NCBI GenBank assembly: GCA_002269645.1
Contig: NIVC01001957.1
Coordinates: forward strand, 1 to 64,000
DNA from: Macrostomum lignano
Taxonomy: Eukaryota
Reading direction: 5' to 3'
DNA length: 64,000 nt
Shown here: piece after piece, positions 35,851 to 49,294 of the stretch
Layout of the letters: every line of letters begins with the position of its first letter
Position numbering within the stretch: the first letter of the stretch is position 1
Position numbers and translations under genes: made by a program
The notes under the pieces: generated by a model
Told to the model about the DNA's origin: nothing
Seen by the model: the letters and a program-made list of their open reading frames with translations, nothing else
The model's database searches: none

Positions 35851-37550
35851 TAACAAGACAATATTTTCTTTGACAGAAAATTACTATGTAATGTAATTTC
35901 TTTTTATTTGTGTTTTGCTATAGCCATAGCTACGGCTATAGGATCCTACGGCAAACAGGGTAAAATAGGTGCCTACAGCAGCTATGGAAACGCCTATGGT
36001 AGCTAGCTGCTCTTATGGCTACAACTACAGAAATATGGTAGTTGCTGTCACATTCTGTAGATTCCTATAGCCATAGTTATTAATGTTAAAAATTGAAGAA
36101 ATATTAGAAACAGGTAGAGTAAAACAAAGATTTTTTTAGTAAACTGTATTATCAACTTATAAACTTATAAAATATGCCTAAAAAGTACAATAAAACACTA
36201 GTCAAACTCTAATTTTTATTATTGTGAAAAAGTTCAGCATTAGTACTTTCAGTAACAATTAAGTATTATTGCTCTGAAAAAATACAAAACATACATGCAC
36301 AACCTCCAAAATTCAGTCTGCCATGCAACTTAGTTTTAACAAAAAATGTGACAGTTTTTGGCCAAAAATATGAATTACCTATGAAAGAAACCCTAAAGCA
36401 AAATTAATGCAATTATGGGTAAATGGCAGGAGTAACTTGACTGCTTTATAGGGGCTAAATGTATTGTCATCTAATTAGTACTAGGTCTATTCTTTGGGCT
36501 AGGCATTTTTGCAACTTACCTTGGTTGGCTGCCAAATTGGTTCGGCCAGATTGGCCCACTTGGCCAACTGTTGCGCATGTATGAGACAAAATATCTTGCA
36601 AAGGCAATTGAGTGTTTCTTTTATTTTCTAACTTAATTTGCAGTTGTTTAAGCACTAGGTTATCTTTTTGATGCAAAATATTTTGTTTTCTAGACTTTCT
36701 GTCAAAACTACTGCTACAGCTATGGGAACTACATGAATATGGTAATATTTGGGTCCCTGCGGCTACAGAATACAGAATTGAAATAAGCCATAGTTTTGCT
36801 TATGGCTACGGCTATGGTACATGGACCCTCCTTATGGCAGAACACTACTTTTTATTAGCACTTTTTGTTTGCTAGTGTATTAATAGTTTTTTTGATTAAC
36901 TTATTTTAACATTGCATTTTCTATGAAACAGATTCAAATACATCCAATATACTAAAAATGAAAATCTTGCTTGCTTGTAATCGATTAGAGAAAAAATGGC
37001 TTAACCGATTTTTATGAGACTTGCACTGTTCGATCAGAAATTTTCCCGTGACTGTACATGCATCGTGGCTAAGAAATTGCTCGATGCTAAAGGCATTAAA
37101 TATTCGAAAAACATGCTTTTTTGCAAAGGTCAAGCAAACTTTTCGACTTGAAATGCATTGTAAGAATGCTAGAGAAAAAAACTGACTGGTTGAATTCTGA
37201 TTCTGAAATAGATTGCATCATAACAATTGTAACTCCGACTTGAATTGAAAATGCAGTGTAGAAGCGTAGCACCAGACTTGATTTAAATTGCGTAACCATA
37301 ATTGTTAACTGATACTGACTGACTGAGAAACTGATTATGTCATAACTGCTTCGTGTGATTTACTCTATGTTTGGATTTTAAAGTGTTGAATTATATAAGT
37401 GCAAAATTTGATGTTATCAAAATGATGAGAGCTAGCCTAGAGGTGAACAAACTGAACTGCTAAATGCAGCGACGTTGGTTCAAATTTTCATAGAGTATAA
37501 TTTTTTTAATTAAAGCTTTTCAACGTCAGGAAAACTAAAAGACTTTTTAA

Positions 37551-40500
37551 AAAGAAGCGTCATGTAAAAATCATAGAAGCGTCATGTAAAAATCATAGAA
37601 GCGTCATGTCAAAAATCATAAAAGCGTCATGTAAAAATCATAGAAGCGTCTTTTAAAAAATCATAGAAGCGTCATGTAAACAATCATAGAAGCGTCATGT
37701 AAACAATCATAGAAGCGTCATGTAAAAAATCATAGAAGCGTCATGCAAACAATCATAGAAGCGTCATGTAAAAATCAAAGAAGCGTCATATAAACAATCA
37801 TAGAAGCGTCATGTAAACAATCATTGAAGCGTCATGTCAAAAATCATAAAAGCGTCATGAAAAAATCATAGAAGCGTCATGTAAACAATCATTGAAGCGT
37901 CATGTAAACAATCATAGAAGCGTCATGTAAAAATCATCAAAGCGTCATGAAAAAATCATAGAAGCGTCATGTAAACAATCATAGAAGCGTCATGTAAACA
38001 ATCATAGAAGCGTCATGTAAACAATCATAGAAGCGTCATGTAAAAAATCATCAAAGCGTCATGTAAACAATCATTGAAGCGTCATTTAAAAAAATCATAG
38101 AAGCGTCATATAAACAATCATAGAAGCGTCTTTTAAAAAAATCATAGAAGCGTCATGTAAACAATCATAGAAGCGTCATGTAAACAATTATAGAAGCGTC
38201 ATGTAAAAAATCATAAAAGCGTCATGTAAACAATCATAGAAGCGTCATGTAAAAAATCATAGAAGCGTCATGTAAACAATCACTGAAGCGTCATGTAAAC
38301 AATCATAGAAGAGTCATGTAAACAATCACTGAAGCGTCATGTAAACAATCATAGAAGCGTCATGTAAACAATTATAGAAGCGTCATGTAAAAAATCATAA
38401 AAGCGTCATGTAAACAATCATAGAAGCGTCATGTAAAAAATCATAGAAGCGTCATGTAAACAATCACTGAAGCGTCATGTAAACAATCATAGAAGCGTCA
38501 GGCAAACAATCGTAGAAGCGTCATGTAAAAATCATAGAAGCGTCATGAAAAAATCATAGAAGTGTCATGTAAACAATCATAGAAGCGTCATGTAAAAAAT
38601 CATAAAAGCGTCATGTAAACAATCATAGAAGCGTCATGTAAAAAATCATAGAAGTGTCATGTAAACAATCACTGAAGCGTCATGTAAACAATCATAGAAG
38701 CGTCATGTAAACAATCATAGAAGCGTCATGTAAAAAATCATAAAAGCGTCATGTAAACAATCATAGAAGCGTCATGTAAAAAATCATAGAAGCGTCATGT
38801 AAACAATCATAGAAGCGTCATGTAAACAATCATAAAAGCGTCATGTAAACAATCATAGAAGCGTCATGTAAAAATAATAAAAGCGTCATGTAAAAAATCA
38901 TAGAAGCGTCATGTAAAAATCATAGAAGCGTCATGTAAAAAATCATAGAAGCGTCATGTAAACAATCATAGAAGCGTCATGTAAAAATCATAGAAGCGTC
39001 ATGTAAACAATCATAGAAGCGTCATGTAAACAATCATAGAAGCGTCATGTAAAAAATCATAGAAGCGTCATGTAAAAATCATAGAAGCGTCATGTAAAAA
39101 ATCATAGAAGCGTCATGTAAACAATCATAGAAGGGTCATGTAAAAATCATAGAAGCGTCATGTAAACAATCATAGAAGCGTCATGTAAACAATCATAGAA
39201 GCGTCATGTAAACAATCATAGAAGCGTCATGTAAAAAATCATCGAAGCGTCATGTAAACAATCATTGAAGCGTCATTTAAAAAAATCATAGAAGCGTCAT
39301 ATAAACAATCATAGAAGCGTCTTTTAAAAAAATCATAGAAGCGTCATATAAACAATCATAGAAGCATCATGTAAACAATTATAGAAGCGTCATGTAAAAA
39401 ATCATAAAAGCGTCATATAAACAATCATAGAAGCATCATGTAAACAATTATAGAAGCGTCATGTAAAAAATCATAAAAGCGTCATGTAAACAATCATAGA
39501 AGCGTCATGTAAACAATCATAGAAGTGTCATGTAAAAAATCATAGAAGCGTCATGTAAACAATCATAGAAGCGTCATGTAAGAATCATAGAAGTGTCATG
39601 TAAACAATCATAGAAGCGTCATGCAAACAATCATAGAAGCGTCAGGCAAACAATCGTAGAAGCGTCATGTAAAAATCATAGAAGCGTCATGAAAACAATC
39701 ATAGAAGCGTCATGTAAAAATCATAGAAGCGTCATGTAAAAAATCATAAAAGTGTCCTGAAAAAAATCATAGAAGCGTCATGTAAAAAATCGTAGAAGCG
39801 TCTTATAAAAATCATAGAAGCGTCATGTAAACAATCATAGAAGCGTCATGTAAACAATCATAGAAGCGTCATATAAAAATCATAGAAGTGACATGAAAAA
39901 ATCATGGAAGCGTCATGCAAACAATCATAGAAGCGTCATGAAAAAATCATAGAAGCGTCATGCAAACAATCATAGAAGCGTCATGTAAAAAATCATAGAA
40001 GCGTCATGTAAACAATCATAGAAGCGTCATGTAAAAAATCATAGAAGCGTCATGTAAACAATCATAGAAGCGTCATGTAAAAAATCATAGAAGCGTCATG
40101 TAAACAATCATAGAAGCGTCATGTAAAAAATCGTATAAGCGTCATATAAAAATCATAGAAGCGTCATGTAAAAAATTATAGAAGCGTCTTGTTAACAATC
40201 ATAGAAGCGTCATGTAAAAATCATAGAAGCGACATGAAAAAATCATAGAAGCGTCATGCAAAAAATCATAGAAGCGTCATGTAAACAATCATGGAAGCGT
40301 CATGTAAAAATCATAGAAGCGTCATGTAAACAATCATAGAAGCGTCATGTAAACAATCATAGAAGCGTCATGCAAAAATTCATAGAAGCGTCATGTAAAC
40401 AATCATAGAAGTGTCATGTAAAAAATCATAGAAGCGTCATGCAAACAATCATAGAAGCGTCATGTAAAAAATCATAGAAGCGTCATGTAAACAATCATAG

Positions 40501-42200
40501 AAGCGTCATGTAAAAAATCATAGAAGCGTCATGTAAACAATCATAGAAGCGTCATGTAAAAAATCATAGAAGCGTCATGTAAACAATCATAGAAGCGTCA
40601 TGTAAAAAATCGTATAAGCGTCATATAAAAATCATAGAAGCGTCATGTAAAAAATTATAGAAGCGTCTTGTTAACAATCATAGAAGCGTCATGTAAAAAT
40701 CATAGAAGCGACATGAAAAAATCATAGAAGCGTCATATAAAAATCATAGAAGTGACATGAAAAAATCATGGAAGCGTCATGCAAACAATCATAGAAGCGT
40801 CATGAAAAAATCATAGAAGCGTCATGCAAACAATCATAGAAGCGTCATGTAAAAAATCATAGAAGCGTCATGTAAACAATCATAGAAGCGTCATGTAAAA
40901 AATCATAGAAGCGTCATGTAAACAATCATAGAAGCGTCATGTAAAAAATCATAGAAGCGTCATGTAAACAATCATAGAAGCGTCATGTAAAAAATCGTAT
41001 AAGCGTCATATAAAAATCATAGAAGCGTCATGTAAAAAATTATAGAAGCGTCTTGTTAACAATCATAGAAGCGTCATGTAAAAATCATAGAAGCGACATG
41101 AAAAAATCATAGAAGCGTCATGCAAAAAATCATAGAAGCGTCATGTAAACAATCATGGAAGCGTCATATAAAAATCATAGAAGCGTCATGTAAACAATCA
41201 TAGAAGCGTCATGTAAACAATCATAGAAGCGTCATGCAAAAATTCATAGAAGCGTCATGTAAACAATCATAGAAGTGTCATGTAAAAAATCATAGAAGCG
41301 TCATGCAAACAATCATAGAAGCGTCATGTAAAAAATCATAGAAGCGTCATGTAAACAATCATAGAAGCGTCATGTAAAAAATCATAGAAGCGTCATGTAA
41401 ACAATCATAGAAGCGTCATGTAAAAAATCATAGAAGCGTCATGTAAACAATCATAGAAGCGTCATGTAAAAAATTGTATAAGCGTCATATAAAAATCATA
41501 GAAGCGTCATGTAAAAAATTATAGAAGCGTCTTGTTAACAATCATAGAAGCGTCATGTAAAAATCATAGAAGCGACATGAAAAAATCATAGAAGCGTCAT
41601 GCAAAAAATCATAGAAGCGTCATGTAAACAATCATGGAAGCGTCATGTAAAAATCATAGAAGCGTCATGTAAACAATCATAGAAGCGTCATGTAAACAAT
41701 CATAGAAGCGTCATGCAAAAATTCATAGAAGCATCATGTAAACAATCATAGAAGTGTCATGTAAAAAATCATAGAAGCGTCATGTAAACAATCACAGAAG
41801 CGTCATGTAAAAATCATAGAAGCATCATGTAAACAATCATAAAAGCGTCATGAAAAAATCATAGAAGCGTCATGCAAACAATCATAGAAGCGTCATGTAA
41901 ACAATCATAGAAGCGTCATGTAAACAATCATAGAAGTGTCATGTAAACAATCATAGAAGCGTCATGTAAACAATCATAGAAGCGTCATGTAAACAATCAT
42001 AGAATCGTCATGTAAAAATCATAGAAGCGTCATGCAAACAATTATAGAAGCGTCATGTAAAAATCATAAAAGCGTCATGTAAACAATCATAGAAGCGTCA
42101 TCAAAAGATCATAGAAGCCTCATATAAAAACTAATGGAAGTGTCATTTGAGAAATCATAGAAGCGTCATGGAAGAATAAAAGAAGCGTCATGTCAGACAT
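37551..42200. repeat. 22/23-bp satellite ATCATAGAAGCGTCATGTAAA(C/A)A, ~4.6 kb, ~200 copies
   Basis: Direct periodicity; intergenic between PACS and ECT2. Confidence 0.98.
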
Positions 42201-42229
42201 GAAAGAAGTGTCATGTAAAAATTAAAAGA

Positions 42230-43230
42230 AGCTTTTGTGCTGTGCTGGGGAGAATTACTAAGATGTCAAGGCTCACGGAGAATAACTGAGATTATGGGGA
42301 GGCGGTTTCTGAGATGCCAGAGAAGCAAAGTAGCAAACGTCAGAAGCTACTTCAAAGTACATGTAGTTTACTTAATTTTTTATTACATTCTTTGTTGGCT
42401 CGCTACGGGGGAGGGGGCGCTGATAGAAGAAGAGTCATGTAAAAAAGAGAAGAAGCACTATGTGTACATAAAAGAAGAGTCATTATGTCAAAGTTAAAAG
42501 ATTCATTTGGGAATTGCTACGATGCCAAGGCTTGGAGGGAATCGCTATGGTGCTGTGATTCTTAAATAAGGAATCACTAAAATGTCAAGGCTTAGGGGAG
42601 AAGAATTGCTGAGATTTCAAGGCTTTAGGTTGGGTTAAAGTTAGGTTTAGGTCAGGTTTGGGTTGAGGGTTAGATTTTAGCGGGTTTCAAGATTAACAGG
42701 GGATTTTTCAGATATCAAGGTTTATGGGGGCATCGCTAACATGACAAGGCTTACGGGGGGAATAGCTGAGATGTCAAGGCTCACGGGGGAATAACCGAGA
42801 TGTCAAGGCTAAATTCACAAGCTACATGTAGATGATGTAGTTTATTGAAAAAATGTTTTCATTATTTGTTGGCTCTTCACGGGAAGGATCGCTGATAGAT
42901 AAAGTGTAATGTAAAAAATAAAAGAAGCTTCATGTCGAAGTTAAGAGATTCATTTGGGAATCCCTACGATGTCGAGGCTTGCAGGGAATCGCTATAACGC
43001 TGTAGTGCTATAATGACTCTCGGAGAGAATTACTGAAATGTCAATGCTTTAAGGTTAGGGTTAGGGTTAGGGTTAGGTTTAGAAGGTTAACAGATTTTTT
43101 AAGATTTCAAGGCTTATGGGGGGAATTGCTAAGATGTCAAGGGGGAGTTGATATGCTAAGGCTTGTGGGGGGGGGAGGAATTGCTGGCATGTCAAGGCTT
43201 ACAAGGGGTTGCTGAGGTATAATGCAAAGA
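42230..43230. repeat. Diverged ~460-bp tandem duplicate containing degenerate 30-mer and 22-mer units and TTAGGG-like tracts
   Basis: The block GTTAA..GATTCATTTGGGAAT..CTACGATG..AGGCTT..AGGGAATCGCTAT occurs at ~42490 and ~42940; GGTTAGGGTTAGGGTTAGG at ~43055. Confidence 0.65.
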
Positions 43231-44512
43231 AACGCTTATATGTAGTTTATTAAAAAACTTGTGCTGTATTTTTTGGCTCCCCAATGGGGGGCGCTGATTG
43301 CTAGTGTTACCTATATTTTTCAAATGGAAAATTATTGATTTCTGTTTTTTTTCAAAAAGTTGCAATACATGGCATGAGCAAACTTTTTTGATAGGATTAA
43401 TTCTGGCATAGGTGTGCTATGATCTTGACTATGGCTAGACACTAGACTCTTGATGGTATACATGTATGCTATAATTTTCTGGCATACAGAGGGACTTGGA
43501 GTATACTATTAGTGTATAACTTGATATATGAGTACAAAGGGTCCTGGCATGCCTTCTTTGTATACAGCTTGGCATATAGAGATTGCCAAGATAGCAGGTG
43601 GGACCAAAAGTTCTGAGCATACAAAACTGATTAAGTTTATGTTTAGCATAGTCTCCATATACATAGTTATAAAAGCTAAATTTTGATTAGAAAGAATAGC
43701 TTCTGGCACTTAATAAAAAATAGAAAACTAAATTAAAAAACTAGGTTTAACTTTTTTAAGAAATTAAAAGTAAAACAAAAATGTTTAAAATGAACTTTAA
43801 AATTTTGTAAGCAGCTAATATTGGTACTAATCTGTAATTTTTATCTTGGTATATTTTTATGCAATATAAAGTTGGTTGGCATACATTGGAGTATATAAGC
43901 TACAGAAGCAATTTTCATTCTGGCATACAGTGGTATACAATCCTGAGCCTAGCCTAGATAGATATAGACAAACAATTTTTAGTATATAAATTTTTTTATA
44001 GTAAGTTGTGATATTATTAATTTTCTATTTGCTGATTAACATAATCATAATTATATGTATTGCAACCTCTGTTTTTTATTCTATTAAAAAATAGAGCTTA
44101 GTTTTATAATTTAAGTATTAAATTAATTTTTTTTAGATTTTGCTACTTTATCTTTACCTTCACTTTACCTTTAGTTTACAAGTTATATTAGCTACATTGG
44201 TTGGTTTGCAGTTGCATATATATATTATTAGCCTAGTTCTCAAATAAATTTGTCAACTGCTATATTAAAGCTTATCTAAATACTTATATGCATAGCACAT
44301 GGTCAACCTGGCTAATTTATCTAAGTAAAAGGGTTCTTTAGTCACTTAATAAATAAAACTTTTGAATGGAAATTGATATACTATTAGTATAAATCAATAT
44401 ATTTTAAGCATAAATTCATTTGTTCATTTGAAAAAGTAGAAAAAGTAAATAGCTATCATTTCATTTTTTGAAGTGTTATACTGTTGCCATTGGTATTCTA
44501 TATAGTATAGGT

Positions 44513-44711
44513 CAATGATTCTCAACCTGTGGATTGCAACTACCAGTGGGATTGTGTGATTATTTTCTGGGGTCACCGGTCACAGTACTAAGAAATGTGT
44601 GAATATATCATATTAAATGATGCATTATATTAATTATAAAGGGCTCCTAAACATAAAAATGATACAAGTGAATAAATTAGGGGCATCTGAAAAAAACAGT
44701 GAGAACTGCTG
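44513..44711. mobile_element. hAT (Charlie-like) MITE, 199 bp
   Basis: Ends CAATGATTCTCAAC / GTGAGAACTGCTG; perfect 8-bp TSD GTATAGGT at 44505-44512 and 44712-44719. Confidence 0.8.
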
Positions 44712-45400
44712 GTATAGGTATCAGAATATTGGTGCCATTTGGCATTGTAGGTCCAAACTTAGGATACCTAATTTAAATCTAGGATACTGGTTAGCATCAA
44801 TAAAAAAATTAAATCAAGTAAAATACCATTATATCTATCCTATCTTTTACATTGCTAAGCCTCCCCACCCACAAGTTAAAGAAGTCTGCAGACCCTATTT
44901 TCATAGATTACTTAACTAGCAATTTGCATGCCCATTGGGGAGCAAACAAAGAATGTATTATTATTTTTAAATAAACTACACATAGCTTCTGACCTTAGCC
45001 TTTATATCTTAGCATTTTTCCCCAAGCCTTGTCGTCTTAGCAATCCATTCCTAAATGTTGATGTCTCGACATTTGCTACAATACAACAACCTAGAATATA
45101 ATATAGTACAGTATATTCATTGCATAAGCTTTTTGTTTTTATTAATATATTTAAAAATAAAATTAGATACTTCAGTTATTTTGTATGTAGCTTCTTATAT
45201 TTGTGTACAACAGCTTTCTAGTAGCTGCAAACAAATTAAAAATAGTCAATTGTAAACACTACTTTGATAAGAATCTATTTCTTATCAGATATATTAAGTT
45301 TGTAAATTTATTCAATATGCCCCATGTTGCAGCTCTAGAATCCCATCTAGTCCTACAGATAATTAGTTTATAAAAGTCCTTGAACAGCTGCAAAGAAAAT

Positions 45401-45547
45401 ATGGATGAGTTTGAAGAAGCCTGTGACTTGGATGGCGACGCACCTGATCTGCCTGAGTCAGCCTTGACCTCTAGCACTGAGGACTGCCTATTTGTGGTTG
45501 TTGGCTCGCATCTCCAGTCTAATGAGCGACTAATGGCTAATGTTAAT
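45401..45547 (+). CDS. ECT2: ECT2 exon 1 (putative)
   Basis: MDEFEEACDL..DCLFVVVGSHLQSNERL; in-frame stop upstream at 45371; donor AAT|gtgaga, phase 0. Confidence 0.65.
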
Positions 45548-48500
45548 GTGAGATCTATATTGGATAATTGATATCCTTCAGCCTTTCCATTCACTAAACG
45601 TCTTTTTCCTCTTTTCTATTCTGTAGGCCCTAGACAAATATACCCCACCCCTTGCCCTGAGACTCCACCCATAGATCCCTACCAACCCTGTTTCCTACCC
45701 TCCGGATTCCATCACATCTATTTTCTACCCCATAGACCCCCATCAACTCCTGTTTCCTACCTAATAGACCCATCACCCCCTTTTCTACCCCATAGACCCC
45801 ACTACCCCTGTTTCATTACCGCATAGGCCCCACCACCCCCGTTTCCTACCCCATAGACCCCACCACCCCTGTTTCCTACCCCATAGACCCCACCACCCCT
45901 GTTTCCTACCCCATAGACCCCACCACCCCTGTTTCCTTACCCCATAGACCCCACCACCCCTGTTTCCTTACCCCCGTACCACTTACCATTAATTAATAGA
46001 TTACAAATGTATTAACTTATTTTGTTTTAAACCACCCCCTGCAGAGTTTCCGTCAGCCAATACAATTCGCCGAGTCAATCGAAGCCCATCTGGCTATTCA
46101 ATCTCCAAAGCCGATGATTAGCAATTATAATCGCCTTATTTACATCACGGATCAATTCGATTTTAATCGGCATTGCGCCCTGTTCAAACGATTAACCGCG
46201 CCGTCGGCATCGTTGGGAGCAAAATTGTCCAAGTCGCCTAGCTACTGCGTGCTCGGTCCCCCGGCTCTGGCCCAGCTTCTATTGCTTCATCGTTCTGGCG
46301 AATCTGCCTCAATAGATTGGCCAAGGCGCCCAGTGTATTCCTGCGGCATGCGAGGCGTCGTGGCCTGTTTAACTGGATTCTCCGAGAAGGCTCGCGTATC
46401 ACGGATAGCCTTCTTAGTCCACTGTTTAGGCGGCGGTATTCGAGCCGAGGTGTCTCGTAAGGTCACACATTTGATTGCCGTGTCCACGGCCGATGCCAAG
46501 TATAGGAAAGCGGTTACCTATGGCATACCGGTGATGACTGCCGACTGGGTGGAGGCGGCCTGGATGGCTAGGGACTCAGCTGCTGAGCATGCCACGGGTG
46601 TGGCTAGTGCCACTACTGGTGAACTGGTGAGTATCATCGGCTCTAATCCACCTTGAGAACCGGCTCTAATCCACCCTGAAAATCGGCTCTAATCCACCCT
46701 GAGAACCGGCTCTAATCCACCCTGAGAACCGGCTCTAATCCACCCTGAGAATCAGCTCTAATCCACCTTGAGAACCGGCTCTAATCCACCCTGAGATCCA
46801 CCCTGAGAATCAGCTCTAATCCACCTTGAGAATCAGCTCTAATCCACCCTGAGAATCAGCTCTAATCCACCTTGAGAATCAGCTCTAATCCACCCTGAGA
46901 ATCAGCTCTAATCCATCTTAAGAGTCGGCCCTAATTCACTCTGAGAATCATCGGCTCTAATCCACTCTGAGAATCGGCTCTAATCCACCCTGAGAACCGG
47001 CTATAATCCACCTTGAGAATCGGCTCTAATCCACTCTGAAAATACGCTCTAATCCACCATGAGAGTCGGCCCTAATTCACTCTGAGAATCATCGGCTCTA
47101 ATCCACTCTGAGAATCGGCTCTAATCCACCCTGAGAATCGGCTCTAATCCACCCTGAGAATCGGCTCTAATCCACCCTGAATATCGGCTCTAATCCATCC
47201 TAAAAGTCCCTTTAATCCTCACTGAGAATCGGCTCTAATCCACCCTAAGAGTCCCTTTAAGCATCTCTGAAAGTCGAATTTAACCCATTAAAAGAGTCCT
47301 TTTGATCATCTCTGAGAACCAAGTCTATCTCAAGTGCTGTACTAGAGCCACCCTAAAAGCGGTTTAAACTCACTCAGATGATCATCTGTAGGTCAAGTTG
47401 CAATTGCTTCTGTGCAAGTTCATATCAGAATTGTTATTAAATGCTCACTCCAGTTCGCTCAGCACCGACTTCGCCCATTCGTTGGCAACACGCTAGCCTT
47501 CTTTGGTTACTCAGACTCAGACACATCCGAGATGGCTCAGTTGGCTCGCGAAGCCGGCGGCACCGTCGTCCCATTCGCTTCACTGACCGCTTCATCATCG
47601 TCAGCAAGCTCCACTAATCCGGCAGTTACTCAAATCGTAGTGAACGACCTGCTAGATTTTCGTTCAATTCCTGCGCTGCCAACTGCCAGCCAATCAGCAT
47701 CGACTGCGGTCATTGTGCGCAGCGAATGGTTCTGGCTAGCCATACAGAATGGCTTTCAATTCGCTGCCAGCTTGTATGCATTGAAACAGCAGTGTCTGGA
47801 ATCTGCTGCTGCTGCTGCTGCTGCTGGCCTGTCCTCCTCGTCTGCATCCGCCTCCTCTGCTACCGGCGCCGCCGCAGCGCGTAAACGACGCCGCCTGGCG
47901 CCTCAGCAGCCGTTAGAATCCTTGGCCGGTCCGCCAGATCCATCAGACCTGATGCTGCTCAGCTTGCCTAGTCCAGCTGCCGGAGCGACATCATCCGCGC
48001 TGCACCGTCTGTCCGGTGTGAGCAGCGCAGCGAGTTTGCTGGACGCCACAGCTGACAGCTCCGCTCTGTCGCCTGTAGCCGAACGACATCATGCCGGTGC
48101 GAGTCAGTGCGGCATCGACAGTGTGTCGTCTCCGGCTGGACAATCGCAGCAACAACAACAGCAGCCTGTTGATTCTCGTCAACAGCGTCGACTACAGAAA
48201 GCTATGGAGCTGGCTCACACCGAAGCTAATTATGTCAGCATTCTTGGCGTTATTGTCAACGTTATCAGGCGTGAAGTTGCCGACGCTAGCAGGCCTGGCG
48301 GAGCTCTGCTACCGGATATGGCTGTTGAAATCATTTTTCACGGCTTGGAGCCCATCTACAAATTGCATAGGGATATTGAGGCTGCGCTTAGGGTGAGTGC
48401 AGATTTGCTGAGACTGGCTGGTTGCAAACAGAGGATATAATCGAAAAATACTGGCATGCAGACGGTGCAGGCATGGTTACTGTAAACGCTAATGAAGATA

Positions 48501-48907
48501 GGCAGATACGGACAAACATACATAAAGACAGGGAGACAGACATATAAATAGACATATATTATGACAGACAGAGACATACACACAGACAGACAGACCGACG
48601 GACAGACAGACACATACACACAGACAGACAGACACATACACACAGACAGACAGACACATACACACAGACAGACAGACACATACACACAGACAGACAGACA
48701 CATACACACAGACAGACAGACACATACACACAGACAGACAGACACATACACACAGACAGACAGACAGACAGACACATACACACAGACAGACAGACAGACA
48801 TGCACACAGACAGACAGACAAACACATACACACAGACAGACAGACAGACAGACAGACATGCACACAGACAGAGAAATACACACAGACAGACAGACAGACA
48901 CATACAC

Positions 48908-48969
<62 letters not shown>

Positions 48970-49141
48970 GTGCAGACAGACAGACAAATACACGCAGACA
49001 GACAGACAGACAGACAGACAGACGTGCAGACAGACAGACAAATACACGCAGACAGACAGACACATACACACAGACAGACAGACAGACAGACAGACGTGCA
49101 GACAGACAGACAAATACACGCAGACAGACAGACACATACAC

Positions 49142-49176
<35 letters not shown>

Positions 49177-49259
49177 TGCAGACAGACAGACAAATACACG
49201 CAGACAGACAGACACATACACGCAGACAGACAGACAGACAGACAGACAGACACATACAC

Positions 49260-49294
<35 letters not shown>

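Noticed and set aside
37551-42200. CRISPR-like array
   Set aside because: Units are contiguous with no unique spacers, the context is eukaryotic, and there are no cas genes. The same applies to all other minisatellites here.
43053-43078. True telomere or chromosome-fusion site
   Set aside because: Only ~4 TTAGGG units, in one orientation, embedded in a dispersed repeat.
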